In this document: positions 57,725 through 64,000 of the stretch, in pieces
How positions within the stretch are numbered: the stretch's first letter is position 1
Layout: every line of letters starts with the position of its first letter
Origin: an uncultured Chloroflexia bacterium
Lineage (GTDB): Bacteria > Chloroflexota > Limnocylindria > Limnocylindrales > CSP1-4
Length of the DNA stretch: 64,000 bases
Direction: 5' to 3'
Assembly: GCA_963828165.1 (NCBI GenBank)
Contig: CAWHDR010000005.1
Coordinates: 160,001 to 224,000 of the forward strand
The notes under the pieces: model-generated
The model's input: only the letters and a program-made list of their open reading frames with translations
What the model was told of the DNA's origin: nothing
Databases searched by the model: none
Position numbers and translations under genes: made by a program

Positions 57725-60334
57725 TCAGCGGCGCGAGCGCGCCCGGACGAGGTCGTCGAGCTTCTCCCGACTCGCGGCCATGTAGGCGGCCAGCCGCGCC
57801 CGTTCGCCGGGTGAGCGGACCGTGGCGATCTGCTCGACCCACGTCCTCGCACCGTCGATGATCGTGCCGATCGCGGCCGCGTCGTCGGGCGCGAACGCCG
57901 GCTTGCCGGGGATGTCCACGTACACCGGGGAGCTGTGAGCGCCCATGCTCGTGGCAAAGCCCGAGTGGATCTGCTCGCGGCTGGTGACCCGCGCGGCAAG
58001 CCATCCGCTCGTCGAGATCGTGACGCGCTCCGCGAGGCTCGCCCGATCGCTCCCTCCCGCGGTCGTGGCCGCGATGACGACGCCATCGCGGATGAGCTCG
58101 AGGCGATCGATCACCGGTTGCGCGGCCGACGCGGCGGCACGCACCTCGACCGATCCCCCACTCCGCCCAAGCGTGATGACGTCGCCCGGCCCGCAGCCGT
58201 CGACCTCAAGGTCGACGAAGGATCCCGACGATACGAACGTCCGCCCCGCCCGTACGGCGGCCGCCCAGGTCTCGAACGAGATCGGCGCGCCGGGGTCCAG
58301 GCGGGCGTAGGTCCGGACGGCCCCGAGCGGGATCTCGGCCGACATCTTGTCCGTGCCACCCACGATCGGCAGCCGGAAGCCGCAATTGAGGAAGCGATAC
58401 CACTCGCGGATGGACGGACCGTCGATGTCCGGCGTGAGTGCCTGCATCTCGACCGCGTCGATCTTGCCCGAGACGATATCGGCGGCGACCTCTCCGTACG
58501 GCAACGGGAAGTGGACGGCGAGCGCCAACCCGCCCTGCTCGCGGGCCGCATCGGCCCAATCCGCGATCAGGCCGGTGAGCGGATCGCCCAGGCGGGCCTC
58601 CGGAGCTCCGGCGCTCGCCATCGGGAGCACCGCGTCCGATGCGCCGAGCAACCCGATGTGACCGAGCATGTTCTGGCGGTTTTCGCTGCCCATGACCACC
58701 ATGTGGCGGCCGGTCGGGTCGGTGACGACGGCGGCCGGGAGGTCCGCGCCGCTCGTGTGATGGTCGCCCCACTGCGTCGCGAGCAGGTTGACGATGGCCA
58801 CGCCCTCGGCCCGCGCCTGGAGCAGGGCCGAGGTCGGCGAGATGAAGTGGACGTGGCAGTCGACGGTGATCCAGTCTGGGCCGGCGGGGCCCGCGACCGG
58901 CTCCAGCGCCAGGACGAGCGGGGCGCGGCTGCGATCGCCGTTGCCGTCCGCGCCAACCTCGATGGAGCGACTGAGCGGGCGGTAGCCGAACCCGCGCACC
59001 ACCTCGACCTGCACGGCCCCTTCCGGTAGCTCGATGGGGAACCGGCCCGGGACGTAGGCGTAGGTCGCAGCGCCGAGGACCAGGTCCGCGCCGGTGTCCT
59101 CGTTGAGCCCCGGGTTGATCTCGTCGCGGTGGCCCATCGGAGGGAGATACCGCCCGTCCGCCGCCCGGAACCGGACACGAGCCGGCATGACGTCCCCGGT
59201 CGTCGCGTCGACGATCTCGACGTCCAGCCGGCGGGTCGGCGTCCGCAGCGATTCGATGGTGACGGCGCCGAACCGCTTGCGTGCGCCGTCCGCCGGCAGG
59301 CGGCCCGCCGGTACGAGATCCTCGCCGACGGCGATCGTGGCGTCGTCGGTCATCGCGAGGTCGACGAGCGTCGCGGTCGTTGAAGGCCCGTCATCCGCGA
59401 GCGGCGTCCCCCATCCCATGACCGCGCCCGACTGCCCACGGTCCGGCTCGAGCGTCGGCGGCGCGGGGCGCTTCCGGAACACCTGCCCGAGGTCCACGGC
59501 AACCTCGCCGGCTGCCACTGACTTGCCCTCGATCCGGAGCGTGCGCCGCGGCTCGAGGACCAGGGGCGAGGCGGCCCCGCGGAATGTCGTGACTGCGGCG
59601 ACGACGACCCCACCTCCGGCGTCGAGCGACGCGAGCGGTTCCATCCGCAGTCGGACGAGGTCGCCGGCACCGTCCGGGATCTCGATCGCGTGCAGCCACA
59701 GGGCGATGTCGCCCGTCGGGCTGGGCACCGAATCGGCTACTCCGGTCTGCGCGGGACCCCAGCTGCCCGGCAGGATCCCGAGCAACCCGGCGTGCCCGGG
59801 CTCTGCGTAGCCACCCACGGGCATCGCGGGATATGGCCCGCGCCAGTCGAGCGGCGTGTCGATCCTGTGCGCCACGGCGGCGAAGGCGCCCTGACCCCAG
59901 CCGATGATGCCCTCATTCACCTCGAAGCGGCGGCGCATGATTCCGGAGATCTCCCGCCCCGACGCGAGTTCCACGGTGTAGCGGGCCAGCGGCTGGCCGA
60001 CGGGCGTGACCCAGCCGATCGGCAGGTCCGCCGGACGACCCGCGACCGGGTCGCGCCACGCGTCGCAGAAATGGGCCACCACGACGTGACTGGCCGGACC
60101 AGCCGCGCGCAGGTCGACGACCACCTCACGGTCGAGCAGGAGCCAGCGGCGCTCGCTGGTCACAAGGGCGAGTCGGAACGGCAGGCCTCGGAAGACGGCT
60201 CGGCCCGCCGGCAGCCGTCCGATCGCCTCGCGATAGCCCGGATGGAGCCGCGCGCCCAGCTCGCGGTCGCTCGTGTTGCGCTTCCGTCGCAGGTCGACCG
60301 GGGTCGCCCGGGGCGTCGATCGCGGCAGTGTCAT
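57725..60334 (-). CDS. CehA/McbA-family (PHP-fold) metallohydrolase
   Basis: DCHVH, ENRQ..LGH, WYRFLNCGFRLP..GGTDK, RTY, GRTFVSSG, AHSSPVY. Confidence 0.78.
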   Translation of the reverse strand: MTLPRSTPRATPVDLRRKRNTSDRELGARLHPGYREAIGRLPAGRAVFRGLPFRLALVTSERRWLLLDREVVVDLRAAGPASHVVVAHFCDAWRDPVAGRPADLPIGWVTPVGQPLARYTVELASGREISGIMRRRFEVNEGIIGWGQGAFAAVAHRIDTPLDWRGPYPAMPVGGYAEPGHAGLLGILPGSWGPAQTGVADSVPSPTGDIALWLHAIEIPDGAGDLVRLRMEPLASLDAGGGVVVAAVTTFRGAASPLVLEPRRTLRIEGKSVAAGEVAVDLGQVFRKRPAPPTLEPDRGQSGAVMGWGTPLADDGPSTTATLVDLAMTDDATIAVGEDLVPAGRLPADGARKRFGAVTIESLRTPTRRLDVEIVDATTGDVMPARVRFRAADGRYLPPMGHRDEINPGLNEDTGADLVLGAATYAYVPGRFPIELPEGAVQVEVVRGFGYRPLSRSIEVGADGNGDRSRAPLVLALEPVAGPAGPDWITVDCHVHFISPTSALLQARAEGVAIVNLLATQWGDHHTSGADLPAAVVTDPTGRHMVVMGSENRQNMLGHIGLLGASDAVLPMASAGAPEARLGDPLTGLIADWADAAREQGGLALAVHFPLPYGEVAADIVSGKIDAVEMQALTPDIDGPSIREWYRFLNCGFRLPIVGGTDKMSAEIPLGAVRTYARLDPGAPISFETWAAAVRAGRTFVSSGSFVDLEVDGCGPGDVITLGRSGGSVEVRAAASAAQPVIDRLELIRDGVVIAATTAGGSDRASLAERVTISTSGWLAARVTSREQIHSGFATSMGAHSSPVYVDIPGKPAFAPDDAAAIGTIIDGARTWVEQIATVRSPGERARLAAYMAASREKLDDLVRARSRR

Positions 60335-60400
60335 CGACGCAGGCCAGAGGTCGCGTTCGTTCGCCGTGGCACTCGCGATCACCCTCCGCGACAACCTGCG

Positions 60401-60447
60401 TTGACCCTCTCGCGTCGGTATGCTAGCGTCCGCGCAACCGATTGCAC
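60401..60447 (+). promoter_or_regulatory. Putative lacI-operon promoter plus LacI-type operator 2
   Basis: TTGACC-N17-TAGCGT (with TG extension), followed by GCGCAACCGATTGCAC (60432-60447), which shares 14 bp with operator 1. Confidence 0.7.
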
Positions 60448-60577
60448 AAGTCACCGAATGCACGCGAAAGCGGAGGGGCATCGGTCAGTGGGTGCCTGCG
60501 CTACACCGTCCGGCGAGCAGCCCCGGACGGACGTGATCATCGTCGCGCCGCCCGTCTGGGCGGCTTAGACGGGCCGG

Positions 60578-61660
60578 ATGCGCCGACCCCCTGAACGTCG
60601 GGTCGTCCTCGCGGACGTCGCCCGGCTCGCCGACACCTCCGAGGCGACGGCGTCGCGCGCCCTCAAGCACGATCCCAGGATCGGCGAGGCGACCCGCGCC
60701 GCCGTGCATGCCGCAGCCGCAAAGCTCGGCTACGTCCCCAATGCCGCGGCTCGCAGCCTGCGGGCGCAACGCACCCACATCCTGGGGATCCTGCTCGACG
60801 ACCTTGCCGACCCGGTCCACGCCAAGGTCGCGGCGGGCTTCGAGGAAGCGGCCGCCAGCCAGGGCTACGCGGTCTTCATCATGACGGGTCTGCACGACGG
60901 GGCCCGCGAACAGCGGGCATTGACGGCCTTCGTCGAGCACCGCGCCGACGGGATCATCGTCGCATCCTGCGTCAGCGACCCTGCCGACGTGCTGGCCCGG
61001 GTCCGGGCCGATCGCGTGGTCTTCGTCCAGCCGGACTACCCGGCCCTCGCCGACGGCGCCGAGCCGCCAGCTCGCGGCGTCGTCCGGACGGACGACCGCG
61101 CGGGAGTGGCTGCGACCGTGCGACACCTCGCCGAACGTGGGTACCGGCGCCTGAGTTATGCCGGCCCGAGCGGCTGGTCCTCCAATGCGTGGCGGCGTGC
61201 AGCCGCCACCGCCACCGTCGAGGAGCTCGGACTCGGACCGCTCCGCTTCATCGACGTCGCCGTGGACGCCTGGCGGGATGCGTCGGGCCTGGCCCTGACC
61301 CTCGCCGCCGAGCCTCCCGACGCCGTGCTGTGCTACGACGACAAGCTCGCCCTCGGCCTGCTCGACGCGCTGCGCTCGACGAGCCTGGCGGTGCCCGAGG
61401 ACCTGGCGGTGGTTGGCTTCGACGGGATCCCGGCGGCTCGTCAGTCCTGGCCACGGCTGACGACCGTGGAGGTCCCATCCGTGGAGGTCGGCCGACACGC
61501 GGTCGAGATGTTGATCTCGTCGGTGCGCGATGGCCGGATGCCGGCCTCGGAGGTCCTCCCGGTGAGCCTGGTGGTCGGCGACAGCACGCCGCCGCGCGCT
61601 CCGCGGAGCGACGGCCGCAGCGGGCGGGCGGCGGTCGCCAGCACCCCCGGACGCGGATGA
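60578..61660 (+). CDS. LacI-family transcriptional regulator
   Basis: LADVARLA..S.ATASRAL, LGYVPNAAARSL, VPEDLAVVGFD, LTTV. Confidence 0.93.
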   Translation: MRRPPERRVVLADVARLADTSEATASRALKHDPRIGEATRAAVHAAAAKLGYVPNAAARSLRAQRTHILGILLDDLADPVHAKVAAGFEEAAASQGYAVFIMTGLHDGAREQRALTAFVEHRADGIIVASCVSDPADVLARVRADRVVFVQPDYPALADGAEPPARGVVRTDDRAGVAATVRHLAERGYRRLSYAGPSGWSSNAWRRAAATATVEELGLGPLRFIDVAVDAWRDASGLALTLAAEPPDAVLCYDDKLALGLLDALRSTSLAVPEDLAVVGFDGIPAARQSWPRLTTVEVPSVEVGRHAVEMLISSVRDGRMPASEVLPVSLVVGDSTPPRAPRSDGRSGRAAVASTPGRG

Positions 61661-62811
61661 CCGGGCCCGGCGCCGCACCCGCGATCGAGCTCGTCAACGT
61701 GACGAAGCGCTACGGCGAGGCCGTCGCGCTCGATGGCGTCTCGCTCCAGATCGAGTCGGGCGAGTTCTTCTGCCTGCTGGGCCCGTCCGGGTGCGGGAAG
61801 ACCACCACGCTCAACCTGATCGGCGGGTTCATCCCGCTCACGTCTGGCGAGCTGCACATCGACGGGCAGCGGGTCAACGACCTGCCCCCGCACCAGCGCG
61901 ACGTGAACACCGTGTTCCAGAACTACGCGCTCTTCCCGCACATGTCCGTCGCCGACAACGTCGCGTTCGGGCTGCGGATGGAAAGCCTGCCGGACGACGA
62001 GATCGGCCGGCGCGTCGGCGAGTACCTCGAGCTGGTCGGCCTGGCCGAATACCGCGACCGGTACCCAGGCCAGCTGTCGGGTGGACAGGCGCAGCGGGTC
62101 GCCCTTGCCCGGGCGCTCGCGAAGCGACCGACCGTCCTGCTCCTCGACGAGCCGCTGGGAGCGCTCGATCTCAAGCTCCGCAAGCAGATGCAGGTCGAGC
62201 TGGCGCGGATCCACCGCCAGGTCGGTACGACCTTCGTGTTCGTGACCCACGACCAGGAAGAGGCCCTCTCCATGGCGACGCGGATCGCGGTCATGGCCGG
62301 CGGCCATGTTCGCCAGATCGGGACGCCGCGTGAGATCTACCTGGGGCCGGTCGACCGGTTCGTCGCCGACTTCATCGGCGAATCGAACTTCCTCGACGGT
62401 CGCGTCGCCTCGAACGGCCAGGGACCCGCCTTCCAGCTGAGCGACGGGACGGTCGTCCCCATCCCGACGGAGGCCGGAGGGACGCAGGACGATCGAGTGG
62501 CGTTGATGATCCGGCCCGAGTCGGTCGGCGTCGGCCGGGCGGCGCCTCGCGGAACGACGCCGAACGTCGTCATCGACGGCCGGGCAACGAACGTCGCATT
62601 CATGGGTAACCACACCAGGATCACGGTCCAGACCGACGCCGGGATCCTCGTCGCGCTTCGGTTCCATGGCGAGTCGGACGAGCAGGCTGTCGAGGAGGAG
62701 ATGTTGGATCAAGAGGTGCACGTTTGGTGGGATCCGCGCGAATCAACGGTCGTCGCAGCCGGCGACCTTCGGGGATCGAAGGAAGAGTCTCGAGGAGGTC
62801 CTGAGGGATGA
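61657..62811 (+). CDS. ABC transporter ATP-binding protein (PotA-like)
   Basis: GPSGCGKT, VFQNYALFPH, LSGGQ, LLLDEPLGALD. Confidence 0.92.
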   Translation: MTGPGAAPAIELVNVTKRYGEAVALDGVSLQIESGEFFCLLGPSGCGKTTTLNLIGGFIPLTSGELHIDGQRVNDLPPHQRDVNTVFQNYALFPHMSVADNVAFGLRMESLPDDEIGRRVGEYLELVGLAEYRDRYPGQLSGGQAQRVALARALAKRPTVLLLDEPLGALDLKLRKQMQVELARIHRQVGTTFVFVTHDQEEALSMATRIAVMAGGHVRQIGTPREIYLGPVDRFVADFIGESNFLDGRVASNGQGPAFQLSDGTVVPIPTEAGGTQDDRVALMIRPESVGVGRAAPRGTTPNVVIDGRATNVAFMGNHTRITVQTDAGILVALRFHGESDEQAVEEEMLDQEVHVWWDPRESTVVAAGDLRGSKEESRGGPEG

Positions 62812-63926
62812 ACGCGATCGACAATCAACTGTCACGGCGTCGATTTCTCCAGGCGTCGGCGGCCGTCGGAGCCGCAGTCTCGCTGGGCGGGATCAGCGCC
62901 GCCTGCAATGCCATCGGCGGGCCGGCGGTGACGGGTGGGACGTTCAACTGGATGACCTGGGGCGACCACTACATCGACACGCAGCTCAAGGCCATCGAAA
63001 CGTCCGACAAGATCGTGGCCCAGATCAGTGAGCTCGCCGGCAACGCCGAGGGGTTCGCCAAGCTGAAGGAGGTCAAGGGCGAGCTGGACATGATCTCGGG
63101 CGACGCCCTGTGGGTGCCCGATGCCTACTTCGCCGAAGGGCTCATCGAGCCGTTCGACATCGGCTCGCTGAAGGTCTCCTCCCAGCTGTACTCGTTCGCG
63201 CGGGAGTTCGACATCTGGACGACACCCGACGGCTACCTCGGCTACCCGTTCGGCTGGTCGCCGATCAGCATCTACTACAACGTGGCTGAGGTCAGCCCGG
63301 CACCCGACTCGTGGGCCGTGCTCCTCGATCCCAAGTACAAGGGGCGCATCGTCATCGAGAACCAGCCCGAAGAGATCGTCGCGTACATGGGCAAGGCCTC
63401 CGGCGTCGACGACGTCTACAACATGACCGACGACCAGCTCGCGACGGTCAAAGGACTGCTCGAACAGCTCAAGCCCAACGTGCTGAAGTTCGCGCAGCAG
63501 GCCACCGACAGCGTCAACGCCATGACGACCGGAGAGGCGTGGCTCATCACCGGCAACCTCGGCAACGAGGACCGGGTGAAGGACGCCGGAGGGCCGGAGA
63601 TCAAGGGCTTCATCCCCAAGGAAGGCACCGTCGGCTGGATGGATGCCGAGATGATCGTCAAGGACGGTGCCAACAAGGCGCTGCTCTTCCCGTACCTGGA
63701 GAAGGCCGAGGTGGCCGAGAACATCGCCGCCAACTTCATCACTCATGGCCGACCACTCTTCAACGAGGCGGCCTACCAGGTCCTGGTCAATCAGGGTGAG
63801 CAGGACCGTGCCGACCGGTATCTCTACAACAAGGCCGAAGAGACCCTGGCCAAGACGACCCTGAAGGGCCCCGGTACCTCGACCGAGAAGTCGATCCAGC
63901 TCTTCAACGAAGTCTTCGGAGCGTAG
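62808..63926 (+). CDS. PotD/PotF-like substrate-binding protein with Tat signal
   Basis: SRRRFL, SAAC lipobox-like, WGDHY, DSW..LLDPKYKG, PKEG. Confidence 0.88.
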   Translation: MNAIDNQLSRRRFLQASAAVGAAVSLGGISAACNAIGGPAVTGGTFNWMTWGDHYIDTQLKAIETSDKIVAQISELAGNAEGFAKLKEVKGELDMISGDALWVPDAYFAEGLIEPFDIGSLKVSSQLYSFAREFDIWTTPDGYLGYPFGWSPISIYYNVAEVSPAPDSWAVLLDPKYKGRIVIENQPEEIVAYMGKASGVDDVYNMTDDQLATVKGLLEQLKPNVLKFAQQATDSVNAMTTGEAWLITGNLGNEDRVKDAGGPEIKGFIPKEGTVGWMDAEMIVKDGANKALLFPYLEKAEVAENIAANFITHGRPLFNEAAYQVLVNQGEQDRADRYLYNKAEETLAKTTLKGPGTSTEKSIQLFNEVFGA

Positions 63927-63936
63927 TCCGCCGACC

Positions 63937-64000
63937 ATGGCGACCGAGATCGTCGGCGGGACCGCACTGGCCCCGCCGACGGCGATCGGCTCGAGGCGGG
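63937..64000 (+). CDS. Start of next gene (probably ABC permease), truncated by window edge
   Basis: ATG 10 nt after the SBP stop; identity inferred from context only. Confidence 0.4.
   Translation, partial: MATEIVGGTALAPPTAIGSRR

Noticed and set aside
1345-63938. Many long Arg/Pro/Ala-rich alternative-frame and antisense ORFs (e.g. 1345-2973, 23056-24921, 28009-30333, 42910-45396, 47278-49440)
   Set aside because: Shadow ORFs expected in high-GC DNA; they overlap well-supported genes and have no motifs

Overview
High-GC bacterial chromosome segment; gene content suggests Chloroflexota (inference, not tested). 1-25 kb is mostly housekeeping on the minus strand: murJ, xerC-like recombinase, topA, dprA, comM/yifB, a receiver-CpaE fusion, NfeD-SPFH, tyrA, trpB2, thpR, ppa, a stand-alone DnaB-like ATPase, an M20 peptidase and ftsH. 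The main finding lies at 25.1-36.0 kb. An intact tRNA-Met(CAT) is followed by three cargo units of about 6.9, 1.4 and 2.5 kb. Each unit ends in a conserved ~110-bp arm fused to another copy of the 5' half of that tRNA, broken at the anticodon. Every 5' half has its own TTGCCG-N16/18-TAxxxT promoter, and the arms carry paired TATGNGCT motifs with an invariant 18-bp period. No integrase is encoded inside, so this reads as an integrase-less, tRNA-anchored tandem cassette array. 36-47 kb holds VanW, a metallopeptidase, carbonic anhydrase, flotillin-NfeD, an FtsB-like gene and mrfAB. 47-64 kb is a LacI-regulated catabolic cluster (two matching operators) with iolE/iolD, a DegT aminotransferase, a CehA/McbA-like hydrolase and a polyamine-type ABC transporter, suggesting aminocyclitol catabolism. 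Four genes have apparent single-base frameshifts, probably sequencing indels. All product calls come from motif recognition by eye; no searches were run.
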